DNA from: a virus
Taxonomy: Duplodnaviria > Caudoviricetes
IMG/VR virus record: IMGVR_UViG_3300009169_000025
Location: 1 to 59,105 of that record
DNA length: 59,105 bases
Strand: one strand, 5' to 3'
Shown here: in pieces, positions 48,814 to 58,070 of the stretch
Layout of the letters: each line of letters begins with the position of its first letter
Position numbering within the stretch: the first letter of the stretch is position 1
Notes under the pieces: generated by a model
Seen by the model: the letters and a program-made list of their open reading frames with translations, nothing else
Database searches by the model: none
What the model was told of the DNA's origin: nothing
Program-made: the position numbers and the translations under genes

Positions 48814-49504
48814 TTTTATTAACTACATAACCTAAGTCATTAGGAATAAACTGCTTATCAAACATTCCAATAGGAGATTTGGCTGATGAATACATTTCAT
48901 TCTCATTAGTCAAGAACTCTTTAACAGCTTTCTTGTCAGTAGCATCATATCTACTAATACCAATAAGAGTAACATCAACTTTACCCTCTACAGTTAAGTA
49001 CTCATCTACCATCTTACCTGTAGATTTGTACTTCATATAGATTCTACCATCAGGACCTGGAACACTGTCACCATGAGCTAAGATGATTACATTTTTACCT
49101 GCAGCATCTAGTTTTTCTATGGCATCAAATATTCTACCCATCATAAAACCAATTTGCTTAGGAGCATCCCAACCCTTAGCCAAAGCATTAGCCATGTACC
49201 AATTCTGCATTACATAGTTGCTATCATCCCACACAATATTCTTGTGAGGAGTAGACACTAATGCTAAAAAGATTTCAGCTATTGCTTTTGCATCATCAGT
49301 AATAACTCTTCTGCCTGATTTTATGTCTCCAGGTGCACATATTGGATATGCAGCACCACTTCCTTTGAATGGAAGAGGCTTAGAAGTTACTGAGATAAGG
49401 AAAGTCTCTTCAGGCTTTAATCCTATGATACCTAATTCAGGTATCTGTCCTATACTGGTGGACTTACCAAAGCCACTAGGGGCAAGCACTAAAATTTTAG
49501 CCAT
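48794..49504 (-). CDS. AAA-family ATPase (AAA_24/Sak4-like)
   Basis: Walker A APSGFGKS, Walker B IVWDD, ILAH, GKMVD and AKSPIGMF. Confidence 0.85.
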   Translation of the reverse strand: MAKILVLAPSGFGKSTSIGQIPELGIIGLKPEETFLISVTSKPLPFKGSGAAYPICAPGDIKSGRRVITDDAKAIAEIFLALVSTPHKNIVWDDSNYVMQNWYMANALAKGWDAPKQIGFMMGRIFDAIEKLDAAGKNVIILAHGDSVPGPDGRIYMKYKSTGKMVDEYLTVEGKVDVTLIGISRYDATDKKAVKEFLTNENEMYSSAKSPIGMFDKQFIPNDLGYVVNKIAEYYG

Positions 49505-49511
49505 TTTTGTT

Positions 49512-50774
49512 TTAAATTGTTAAAGGTTCAAATTTCTTCACATCACCATACATGTTGACTCTAAAGTGTTGAGGACAAACACAATGTCTAGATTCTACAA
49601 GATGGACAGTTCTCATAAAAGGGTATAAAAGTGACTTGTCAGGTCTCCTTATTGTCTTACCAAAATGCTTAGTCAAGTTAAACTTGTCATCATTAGGGTT
49701 AAACATAGTAAAGATGTAATTGCTATCCTCACTTAAATTCCCAGTTTCTTTGATGTCATCAGACTGTGGAAACAGTCTGTCATCATCAAATTGTCTTCTT
49801 CCAATATCACTAAGTGCCCTATTAAGGTGGATAATGTGCACAAAAGTGAAATTACAAGTGTTCCTAAATTCTACAGCATACTCTGAGAATTTATCTACAG
49901 TTTCTTTCATTTTGAAACCTCTCTCAGGAAGTAGCTTTCTCAAATGGTCAGTAATAATGATAACATACTTCTTAGGATTATGGGGTTTATACCCAATCAT
50001 CCTTGTAAAGGTCTGTTCATTTTTTACTGTTTGTTTATAGATAAACTCACCATTCTCCTTAGCATACTCTAAGAGATAGTTTCTAACTCCAGTTGGGTTG
50101 TCCTTGATTTCCAAGAACTTAATTAACCCTTTAGAAACTTTTTCTCCTTTCTCATTGTACTCACCAAAGAGAGGTATTATTCTAGTCTTGTAAACAGTCT
50201 TGATCTTCTCAATAATGTCTTCAGGTACTCTAATAATTTCTTTGGGAGCATCAGGAATTTCAGTATCAAATTCTAATTCTCCCTTGAGAAAAGCAGAAGA
50301 TAAATATACGAAATTATTTCCTTTGTAGAGCTTTCCAGAGGGTAAAAATATCTGATAAATTGCAAAATCTGTGTTCAGAAAATGAGCAACAAAATCAAAC
50401 TCTTTACTTACTCGATCAATCTCATAAGAGTTGTAGATAAACTCCAAATCTATTAGCTGACTATTAAGGTTTTCATACTCTTGATTTAGAGTATCTCTAA
50501 CACTAAGGTCAGTTGTAGCTTGTAGTTTAGTACTAAGTGCTTCCATAGAAGCTCTAGTTTTAGCATTATGGTTTAATACATAAAGGGCAGGTTCTATACA
50601 AAAACCTACATCTACTAAAGTTGACTTCCCTCCTTTTGGGGCAGCTCCAACAGTGTAAATTCTTCCTCTTTGGATTCCATTAATTGCCTGTGAGATAGTC
50701 TTCAAACCTTCCCCCATAGGAAGGCCTTTATTACTACCTTTTTGACCAGCTTTAAATGCAATTTCAAAATTCAT
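49512..50774 (-). CDS. DnaB-like replicative helicase
   Basis: GAAPKGGKST, SYE, IITDHL, HLNR and DDIKETGNLSEDS (SF4 motifs). Confidence 0.88.
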   Translation of the reverse strand: MNFEIAFKAGQKGSNKGLPMGEGLKTISQAINGIQRGRIYTVGAAPKGGKSTLVDVGFCIEPALYVLNHNAKTRASMEALSTKLQATTDLSVRDTLNQEYENLNSQLIDLEFIYNSYEIDRVSKEFDFVAHFLNTDFAIYQIFLPSGKLYKGNNFVYLSSAFLKGELEFDTEIPDAPKEIIRVPEDIIEKIKTVYKTRIIPLFGEYNEKGEKVSKGLIKFLEIKDNPTGVRNYLLEYAKENGEFIYKQTVKNEQTFTRMIGYKPHNPKKYVIIITDHLRKLLPERGFKMKETVDKFSEYAVEFRNTCNFTFVHIIHLNRALSDIGRRQFDDDRLFPQSDDIKETGNLSEDSNYIFTMFNPNDDKFNLTKHFGKTIRRPDKSLLYPFMRTVHLVESRHCVCPQHFRVNMYGDVKKFEPLTI

Positions 50775-51319
50775 TATTGCATTCTTGAAGTTATATCCTC
50801 AGTGTTGTTAGAAGAGGTATCAGAGATTGCTTCTCTGTACTTCTCTACCCAACCCAATAAGGATGAAGTTCTGTCTCTACCAACTCCTTTACTAATAAAG
50901 TAATGAGAGCTGATAAGGTATTCAGCACTACTTAAAGTTTTAAAATATAAACTAGTAGCTTCAATTACCTCCTCTTTTCTAACATCAGGATTGTCAGCAA
51001 AGAATGCTTTCATTCTTGTAATGACATCCTTATCCGGAGCTTTTCTTTTGTTGTTTATTCTCTTAAATTCAGCATTCCATTCTATAACCCAATGCCATTT
51101 ATCATGGATTTCTTCCTCAACAAATAAAGGAATGTGCCATACAACTTCTCTTGTATTACTAATACCCAAGATGTTAGTCACATTCATTCTTTGTACTAGG
51201 AGTGGTGGTGTATAAGAAGGTCTACAATTAAAGAATATAGACAAAAGATAAGCTACACCATCAGCTACAGGAATATTAAACTGCTGTAGAACTGATGTAA
51301 TTTGGGGATTTATCTTCAT
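50774..51319 (-). CDS. Hypothetical replication-associated protein
   Basis: 181-aa ORF translationally coupled to the DnaB-like gene. Confidence 0.6.
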   Translation of the reverse strand: MKINPQITSVLQQFNIPVADGVAYLLSIFFNCRPSYTPPLLVQRMNVTNILGISNTREVVWHIPLFVEEEIHDKWHWVIEWNAEFKRINNKRKAPDKDVITRMKAFFADNPDVRKEEVIEATSLYFKTLSSAEYLISSHYFISKGVGRDRTSSLLGWVEKYREAISDTSSNNTEDITSRMQ

Positions 51320-51522
51320 GTTTTTTCTTTTTTTAAAGATTGTACAAATTCAGTAATTTCTTTTACTTCTTCAAGTTTGAAACTCTGATTAAAGGTCTGC
51401 AAGATCATAACTCTATCCACAGTGCATATAGCACTGGGATTAGTTATATCTTTTACATCTTCCTTAGCAACTTGCTTGATTTTTCCTTTGCCAAGATACT
51501 TGTAGAAAGCTATTATACTCAT
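51316..51522 (-). CDS. Hypothetical protein
   Basis: 68 aa with ATGA coupling at both ends. Confidence 0.6.
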   Translation of the reverse strand: MSIIAFYKYLGKGKIKQVAKEDVKDITNPSAICTVDRVMILQTFNQSFKLEEVKEITEFVQSLKKEKT

Positions 51523-51791
51523 AACACTTCAAAATAATGCCAAACATAAGGGCCTTGTTGAACAGAGCCTACATAAATATGTTCAGTTTTTGTTGAATCA
51601 AATTTTTGACCTGTTGCTATTTTTCTAATTACTCTTTGCTCTATCTCAACTTCTGAAGGATTTATCTGTATCCAAAAATAGATGATGTTGTTTTGAACTT
51701 GAGTAGTTAAGATTTTAGCTCCAATAGGTAATTGTAAAATAGTAGTATCTGAGCCTACCCTTTCTTCATATTTGTAAATTACATTTTTCAT
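51519..51791 (-). CDS. Conserved small phage protein
   Basis: IYKY...LPIGAKIL..Q.Q...W...TG...YVGSVQ...VWH pattern common in phage hypothetical proteins. Confidence 0.7.
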   Translation of the reverse strand: MKNVIYKYEERVGSDTTILQLPIGAKILTTQVQNNIIYFWIQINPSEVEIEQRVIRKIATGQKFDSTKTEHIYVGSVQQGPYVWHYFEVL

Positions 51792-53086
51792 ACAAATCTT
51801 TTTTTAAAGTTAGGAAATCTTATATAGTTGATCTTAGATTGATTCAAGTTTTCAACAGCATTCTCAAGCCATTTTTCATCTTGAGTGCCTTCAGAAACTA
51901 TGATATACAAGTGAGCTTCATGCCCAGGTCTAAACCTGATAAGTCTACCAATTCTTTGAACCAAGTCTTTCTCTTTAGAGTTAAGCTGACCAATAACACC
52001 TGAATCAACTCCAGGAAAATTGTGGCCTTCATTGACTGCTTTCACACAAGATAATCTATTGATACTCTCATTTTTGAAAGCATCATAAGCTACACTACTA
52101 GACTTAGAGTGATAATAAGTGGGACAAACTTGTTCAGCTTGTTCTATATTACCACAAAAGATAATAGTTCTATCTTCTTTAGGAATTACTTTGTCAAGTA
52201 AAAACTTGATTACTTGAGTCTTAGAAGGAATCTTGTAGATAAACTGCATTCTACCTAAGATAGCAAACTTCATCTTAGCTTTACCTTGAGGAGTTGTGTC
52301 CCCAAAACATTGCTGAACTCTCTTATTCCAATAAGCATAACATGCTGCTTCAGTAGTCATAAAAGGTTTAATTTTAGTTCCACCTGGAATATTCTTAGTC
52401 ACAGCATCTAAAGGCACTGTAATAACAGTAATCTTGTATGGTGCCACAAAGCCAAGTCTTACAGCTTGGTCCAAAGTAAGTTCATAGACAAGCTTAATGT
52501 CTAAGTCAGAAAGGATTTGTTTCTTAACTATATCAGTAGGAGGAGTGGCAGTAAGTAATACTGTTCTCTCTACATTGTTATTCAGAAAGAATTCTGAAGA
52601 TAACTCTGTAATATTATGGCCTTCATCAAGAATAGCTAATGGGAAATCATAACCTTTGACTTTAGATGCAGAAGCATAACAAAGTCTTTCAGTGTGTTTC
52701 CACACATTACTAGCTTCCCATTTAGTAAATTCTTCTAGCCAATTCTCATCTCTCAACTTTTCAGTTGGTACAAGAAGAGCTGCATGATAGTCATTACTTG
52801 GATTAAAGTAGTATTTAGCTAGTTCTACTGCTACTCTAGACTTACCTGAACCTGTAGCCATAGCTATCATTCCACCATTGTTATTCACAACAGCTTGTAT
52901 GGCTTCATTCTGGACCTTCTCTCTGACTTTATTTACAAAAGTTTCTACAGCTAAGGATTCCATTGTTTCATCCTCTGCAGCCTCTGTAATCTTCTTTCTT
53001 AGAGCTTCTATTTTGTCAATATAAGTTAAAATTGACTTTGGTTGGTTTTGAAAGAGTTCCTCCAACTCTCTGAAATACTTTCTCAT
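51788..53086 (-). CDS. Superfamily 2 (DExH) helicase
   Basis: ATGSGKS, LVPT, LDEGH, LTATP, NEGHN and QRIGRLIR motifs. Confidence 0.92.
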   Translation of the reverse strand: MRKYFRELEELFQNQPKSILTYIDKIEALRKKITEAAEDETMESLAVETFVNKVREKVQNEAIQAVVNNNGGMIAMATGSGKSRVAVELAKYYFNPSNDYHAALLVPTEKLRDENWLEEFTKWEASNVWKHTERLCYASASKVKGYDFPLAILDEGHNITELSSEFFLNNNVERTVLLTATPPTDIVKKQILSDLDIKLVYELTLDQAVRLGFVAPYKITVITVPLDAVTKNIPGGTKIKPFMTTEAACYAYWNKRVQQCFGDTTPQGKAKMKFAILGRMQFIYKIPSKTQVIKFLLDKVIPKEDRTIIFCGNIEQAEQVCPTYYHSKSSSVAYDAFKNESINRLSCVKAVNEGHNFPGVDSGVIGQLNSKEKDLVQRIGRLIRFRPGHEAHLYIIVSEGTQDEKWLENAVENLNQSKINYIRFPNFKKRFV

Positions 53087-53328
53087 GATAAATACGGTGT
53101 GTTATATCCTATTGCAAGGATAATTGATTTAAGTTCTTGGGTTACTCCTTTTTCTCTAAACTCTTTTGCAAGTCTTATGAATAGTGGGTGTTTCTCATCT
53201 CTGATAACAACAATAGGATAAGCTGCCATTTCAAGACAATCTTCCAATATTATTTCATCACTGATTTCTTCAAATACTGCAACAGGGATATGTAAAAAGA
53301 ATTGGAAGAAATCTGTGTATCTTATCAT
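53083..53328 (-). CDS. Hypothetical protein
   Basis: 81-aa coupled ORF. Confidence 0.55.
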   Translation of the reverse strand: MIRYTDFFQFFLHIPVAVFEEISDEIILEDCLEMAAYPIVVIRDEKHPLFIRLAKEFREKGVTQELKSIILAIGYNTPYLS

Positions 53329-53329
53329 A

Positions 53330-53686
53330 TTACTCTATTTTTACCAGATTAATTTTCCAATAAACAGAAGGAGCAGAGTAGATTAGCATAAACTCTTTCT
53401 TGTTTTTATTCTTTCCTACTGTTAGAAATCTAACTTGTTTATTGTTTTTATCTGTACAGTAATAGACCATATAATCTTCTCCAAAAGGTTTTACTTTATA
53501 TACTGTAAAACCTATAATTACATTGTTTTCAGCAATAGCAATTTCATGGTTATTCAGTACTACAACTCCTCTAGTTGGAATTATTTCCCATGAGTCAGCT
53601 AATCTTATCTGTTTCTTATCAAAACTGTAGACTTGGCTAAAACAATGGGTACTGAAGACTAATAATAATAATATTATTTTTTTCAT
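53330..53686 (-). CDS. Secreted beta-rich protein with Sec signal peptide
   Basis: MKKIILLLLVFSTHCFS/Q is a Bacteroidota-type SPase I signal followed by Gln. Confidence 0.65.
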   Translation of the reverse strand: MKKIILLLLVFSTHCFSQVYSFDKKQIRLADSWEIIPTRGVVVLNNHEIAIAENNVIIGFTVYKVKPFGEDYMVYYCTDKNNKQVRFLTVGKNKNKKEFMLIYSAPSVYWKINLVKIE

Positions 53687-53689
53687 AAT

Positions 53690-55585
53690 TTAATGTGCTT
53701 CTGCATAGTTTTTACCAATATCAATACTAATTCCTAATGGTACATTAAGACACAGTGTTTGATTAGTGAGTTCTATGGCTTTGTTAAGTTTTTCTTTTAT
53801 TGATTCTTGGTCTTCTTTTAAGAAACCAAATCCAATCTCATCATGATACTGCAAGCTTATCTTAATGCCTTGTTTTCTCACATTTCTAATGTGAGTATCA
53901 AAGCAGAAAACTCCTGTACCTTGATTGAGAGTACTGAATCTATCTTTTGGTTGTCTTAATGAATACCAAAATCCACTGACAGGGTTGTATAGCCACATTT
54001 GCCCTCTAACCTCTTTGTAAACAGTGTCATTGACAACTTGTTTTACAGACTTATTTCTTTCCCAGTAAATCTTATGTAGCAATGAAGCATCTTCTAATGA
54101 CATACCTGTAGTTAAGGCAATCTTAGGTGGGCCTGCTCCATAAATACCTGAAAAGTTTACCACTTTAGCCTTGCTTCTAACTTTCTTGTAAGATGTACCT
54201 TGTTCTCCTTTTGTGGCTTCAAAAAGCTTATGCTCATTGACCTGTTCAGGTGTAAGCATACCTGATAGTACAGCAATATCAAGATGAGGGTCAAACCCTG
54301 GCACTCTCATTTGTGTTACATAATCAGGATCATAAAAATACATGTAGTGTTGTTTAGTAGTATCTTCCAATGAAGACATATCACTACCACAAAAGAGATG
54401 GTTATCATCAGGTGCTATGATAGCTCCTCTGATTTCTTTACCATAAGGTTTATCTACACCAGGTAGATTAGCAACAGGCTTTTTATGTTTAAATCTAAGA
54501 GTATTGGTAAACCCAGCTATCTGAGCTTGCATTTTACCTTGCTCATTAGAGCATTCTAGAAATCCATTTAGAACACCAACTCTATGTTGAAGCATAAATA
54601 ATCCCTTTAGATTTTCAAGAACAGGGTGTGTTTCAGCTAGCACTATAATGTTAGGGCATAGCTTCTTATCCTTATCTTGTATCTGAGGTATTGCTCTAGT
54701 ACTATCCCTTTCTTTTACATAGTTGAATACTGTAGGTCTCCAGCCTAAGCTGAATAACCAAGACTTTAACTGTGTAGTTGAGGTAGGATTGGGTTCTTCT
54801 GTGGATTTAAGTATAGAAATTTCTCCTTCAAAGTCTGCTTCTAAATCATTATCAGCTAGAAGTTCTAACCAAGCTATGCCGGCCTTGGTCAATTCCTCTT
54901 TAACTGTGTACATTTTAGAAGGTTTCTTCTTAGAGGTATATTTCTCTACTTTGGGCATTGCAACTGCAAGATTAGCTTTCCTTTCATCTACAAGAGTATG
55001 AAGACTAGCCAATGTTTCTTTACAATATGCCCTGTCAATACTTAGTGGATTTGCTTCTTGTTCTGCAGCACAATCTAATTTCCAAGTTAGATAGGCCATA
55101 AGTCTATGATAATCCTCACTCTGATATATTTCTTTCAAATAATTGATGAAATTACCAAGAATGATACTATTAATCACAACATCTGTTCTACATCTATTGA
55201 TGTAATCTTCAGTGTCTAGGTTTTCCCAATCTGTGATTACTGGTTTAGATACTCCAACTCTCTCTCCCCATACTTCTAAGCCATGTTCTGCTTCATTTGG
55301 GTATAAATACCAAGACAAAGCTAAAGTGTCTATTACTTGGCCTGTATGTTTGTAACCTGTAAGCTTTTCAATAGCAGGGAAATCATATCTCTTGACATTA
55401 TGACCTACAAGTAAAGCTTGACCACTTAAGAAATTAGCCAATTCCCAAGGATTTGTAATAACAGTTTCCCCTAGTAATTGGTTGTCTTCATAAGTGTGAG
55501 CTACAAGGCAGTGAAGTCTAGTAAGTTGTTGAAGTAAACCATCAGTTTCTATATCAAATATGGTGTATCTCATTTCTTTTTCCAT
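53690..55585 (-). CDS. polA: DNA polymerase family A (T7-like, 3'-5' exonuclease plus polymerase)
   Basis: FDIETDG, GHN...YD, motif A GSDMSSLE, motif B RSKAKVVNFSGIYG, motif C YHDEI. Confidence 0.95.
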   Translation of the reverse strand: MEKEMRYTIFDIETDGLLQQLTRLHCLVAHTYEDNQLLGETVITNPWELANFLSGQALLVGHNVKRYDFPAIEKLTGYKHTGQVIDTLALSWYLYPNEAEHGLEVWGERVGVSKPVITDWENLDTEDYINRCRTDVVINSIILGNFINYLKEIYQSEDYHRLMAYLTWKLDCAAEQEANPLSIDRAYCKETLASLHTLVDERKANLAVAMPKVEKYTSKKKPSKMYTVKEELTKAGIAWLELLADNDLEADFEGEISILKSTEEPNPTSTTQLKSWLFSLGWRPTVFNYVKERDSTRAIPQIQDKDKKLCPNIIVLAETHPVLENLKGLFMLQHRVGVLNGFLECSNEQGKMQAQIAGFTNTLRFKHKKPVANLPGVDKPYGKEIRGAIIAPDDNHLFCGSDMSSLEDTTKQHYMYFYDPDYVTQMRVPGFDPHLDIAVLSGMLTPEQVNEHKLFEATKGEQGTSYKKVRSKAKVVNFSGIYGAGPPKIALTTGMSLEDASLLHKIYWERNKSVKQVVNDTVYKEVRGQMWLYNPVSGFWYSLRQPKDRFSTLNQGTGVFCFDTHIRNVRKQGIKISLQYHDEIGFGFLKEDQESIKEKLNKAIELTNQTLCLNVPLGISIDIGKNYAEAH

Positions 55586-55788
55586 TTAAAGATTAGCAAT
55601 GTAGCTAATATGAGAATAATAAGAGGTTCTAAAATTACAAAGAGATAAATATTCAATTCTTCATAAGTACAACCTAATTTATCAGCATAGAATTGAATGC
55701 AGTCACAACACCAATTAAAGAAACCATTCATAGAATGTTGACTTATTAAATCAGAGTATAACTCTGATGAAGAATTAAAATGTTTCAT
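55570..55788 (-). CDS. Small membrane protein
   Basis: 72 aa with a C-terminal TM helix and basic tail. Confidence 0.6.
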   Translation of the reverse strand: MKHFNSSSELYSDLISQHSMNGFFNWCCDCIQFYADKLGCTYEELNIYLFVILEPLIILILATLLIFKWKKK

Positions 55789-55790
55789 AA

Positions 55791-56192
55791 TTAAAAATTA
55801 AATAGATTTCTTTCTTCCATTTCTTTTAAGGCTTTCTCTGCCATAGGCTTAATTAAATAAGCACCTAGCACTTCTAAAGCTCTTTCTCTTCTCTCATCTA
55901 CAGTGAGTATGTATTCATTAACTAAAGCTCTTTCTACTCTCTCTTGCATAACAAATAATTTGTTAGTGGCATCTTTAGCAGATTGACCATCAACAGCATC
56001 CTGAACTTGAAAAACTTTTACAATAAATTCTTCAAATTTAGTTTTGCCATTTTTTAAGAAAGATTTGATAGAGCCATAAAGATACCCTTGTGTTTCTAAG
56101 AACTCAATTTTCTCAATAATAAGCTGTAATAGCACTACAAATTGAAGGTTGTGATCTTGCTCTTTCTTTTTAAGTTCTTCTTTAGTTAACAT
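55791..56192 (-). CDS. Hypothetical helical protein
   Basis: 133-aa ORF within the operon. Confidence 0.65.
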   Translation of the reverse strand: MLTKEELKKKEQDHNLQFVVLLQLIIEKIEFLETQGYLYGSIKSFLKNGKTKFEEFIVKVFQVQDAVDGQSAKDATNKLFVMQERVERALVNEYILTVDERRERALEVLGAYLIKPMAEKALKEMEERNLFNF

Positions 56193-56475
56193 AGTCTATT
56201 TGATTGATAAACAGGTTATTGTAAGTTCTCCCATGTTTCTCAGAACCAATGAAAACAAAACCAATATTGATTTCATCTCCTTTTCTAATTCCTATCTTTT
56301 CAATTCTAGCTATTACAGCATCTCTAACTTCAAAGAAAGCTTTTTGTTCATCTTCAGTAGTTACTGTGACAATAGCTCTTTTTTTAGTTGGTTTACCTTC
56401 TACTATAATAAGCTCAGGTTTTGACATTCCTTCAAAATACCCTACAAAAGGGGTTAAATTCTTCTTTGCACTCAT
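56182..56475 (-). CDS. DUF3127-like OB-fold (SSB-like) protein
   Basis: KKR..V..T...FE...GDEINIGF...GSE..G.TYN.L pattern; start reassigned to MSAKK, downstream of the promoter element. Confidence 0.7.
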   Translation of the reverse strand: MSAKKNLTPFVGYFEGMSKPELIIVEGKPTKKRAIVTVTTEDEQKAFFEVRDAVIARIEKIGIRKGDEINIGFVFIGSEKHGRTYNNLFINQIDYVN

Positions 56476-56513
56476 GGCTAAATAAATAAGGGTTAATAAA
56501 AAATTAAGGGTTA

Positions 56514-56521
56514 CAAATATA
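56514..56521 (-). promoter_or_regulatory. Candidate -7 promoter element (TATATTTG) for the replication operon
   Basis: TAnnTTTG just downstream of a terminator and about 40 nt upstream of ATG 56475. Confidence 0.6.
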
Positions 56522-56539
56522 GGCATACCCTAAGCAAAT

Positions 56540-56573
56540 AAAAAAAGAGAGTGAGGAAAAATCCGCACTCTCT
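56540..56573 (-). terminator. Intrinsic terminator
   Basis: Stem AGAGAGTG (56546-56553) / CACTCTCT (56566-56573) plus inner GGA/TCC, followed by a T run on the - strand. Confidence 0.85.
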
Positions 56574-56583
56574 CAACTTTTAA

Positions 56584-57225
56584 TTACATGGCATCTTGGC
56601 CTGCAGGAATACTTCCAGCAACACCTACCATTTCTACTTTAATAGCAGCAGAAGCATAATAATCAGCATGATCTGAAGTTCTTAAATCAGAATCTTCAGT
56701 AGCAGTATTCTTAAAGAATGTTGCTTTGTACTGAACTTTCCCATTAGGGTCTAAAATCAAGCTACCTGCTTGTGGATGACCTACTGGGTATCTTACTACT
56801 TGTTTGTCTGCAATAGCATCCATTGTAGTCAAACCTGCAGTAATTGCATAGTTTTGACTATCAGTAGTGATTGGTCTGTTTGCTAATACCTTACAGATAG
56901 TAGCAGTTGGAACCAAGGCTAACTTAGCAGCAACAGTTTCTGAGGTAGAACCTACAGGAACATCAACCCAAGCTACTCTTTTCTCTTCAGAAGTAAATTC
57001 TTGTTCTGAAAATCCAAATTCAGCATTACTGAAAGGGTTGTCTTGCATGTTGTTGCTTACAGACTTTGATGGGTAATAACTCTTAGTAGTTACAGTCTGT
57101 TTGATTTCTGCTGTAAGAGTTCCCTCTTTTTGATAAGCAGTTGCATGTACTCTAGAAATTTCTAAAGAACCTTTGCTCATTTCTTTTCTTACTCTGTTTT
57201 CTGTGTTTGAAACTTGTGTATTCAT
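56584..57225 (-). CDS. Hypothetical protein, 213 aa (start MNTQVSN), probably highly expressed
   Basis: AT-rich leader before ATG 57225 and its own terminator; the longer ORF call runs into a structured non-coding region. Confidence 0.75.
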   Translation of the reverse strand: MNTQVSNTENRVRKEMSKGSLEISRVHATAYQKEGTLTAEIKQTVTTKSYYPSKSVSNNMQDNPFSNAEFGFSEQEFTSEEKRVAWVDVPVGSTSETVAAKLALVPTATICKVLANRPITTDSQNYAITAGLTTMDAIADKQVVRYPVGHPQAGSLILDPNGKVQYKATFFKNTATEDSDLRTSDHADYYASAAIKVEMVGVAGSIPAGQDAM

Positions 57226-57493
57226 AATGTGTTTTATTGTTCTACATACTTTATAGGAAGGCAATAACCTATTCCATACATAGAGATTTGATTTAATTTT
57301 TAGTTTTGCCTTTTTAGTTAAAAAACTATTCAACTTGTACCTCAGATTCCCCGCAGGGCTTTGAACCTCTGAATAGCCCAAACTACAAATACTACAATCT
57401 ATCCGCACTAGATCATACTATGTTCAGAGGTATAAATACCACACATAGTTTTGATACAATAGATATAAGAAACCATGTTGATTAGGTTTGTAG

Positions 57494-57926
57494 TGGAGAT
57501 GGTGGGAGTTGAACCCACGTTACCTGGACATCTCAAAATAAAGATTTATTACAGCTTTTGTGAATTCTTTTTCTGATTTTAATTTAGGGAGTAGTCAAAA
57601 ACAACCCTGAATACTTTTGTTTTAATTCTTTAAGTTAGAATAGGGCCAACTGTAAACAGCAAGCCTCCACCATTCAGTTTTATCCCAAACTGACAAAAGG
57701 GAGTATTAACTTCAACCTAAGTTATGGTCCTAATCTTTGGCTTAGGCAGCCACAGCTAACTCTACCTCTTCTGAAGTAGAAATCAAGTTGTGAACAACTT
57801 GCATATTAGCTTGTATTTGAGCATTCTCTGAAATGTTGCCATTTATTGAAATTTCACCTTAGTTTACAGTTATCTCTCTGGCTGAATCTTTAAATCTACT
57901 ATGGCAGGTCAAAACCCGGCATCCCC
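57494..57926 (-). ncRNA. ssrA: tmRNA
   Basis: 5' GGGGATG pairs with 3' CATCTCC-A including the G3-U alanine identity pair; 5' GGGTTTTGAC; T-arm GTGGG-TTCAACT-CCCAC; internal tag ORF 57840-57742 ending LAVAA-stop; CCA not encoded (CTA follows). Confidence 0.93.
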
Positions 57927-58070
57927 TTATATGCTTGTCTTTCCAAGCTGTCAACTTTCTTATAAACCCTTAATGTGCACACCACAAGAAACTGGGAAAG
58001 TGTTGTTTCTACATTACAAAGCTTCTCTGCTAGCTTGACTTACAGTCTGCAGCGGTCCACTTATATCAAA

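Noticed and set aside
12654-55585. Inteins or group I introns in RNAP, helicases or PolA
   Set aside because: No C/S...HN-C/S/T intein ends, LAGLIDADG/HNH motifs or interrupted frames seen; the DnaB insertion is a short coiled coil.
56476-56526. Hydrophobic N-terminal extension of the DUF3127-like ORF
   Set aside because: Overlaps the promoter-like element; the OB-fold pattern starts at MSAKK.
57226-57408. 61-codon N-terminal extension of the 274-aa ORF
   Set aside because: Starts at a non-ATG codon inside a structured non-coding region; ATG 57225 has a typical AT-rich leader.
57494-57525. tRNA gene suggested by the T-arm and acceptor sequence
   Set aside because: No adjacent anticodon or D arm; the matching 5' acceptor strand is 430 nt away, which identifies it as tmRNA.
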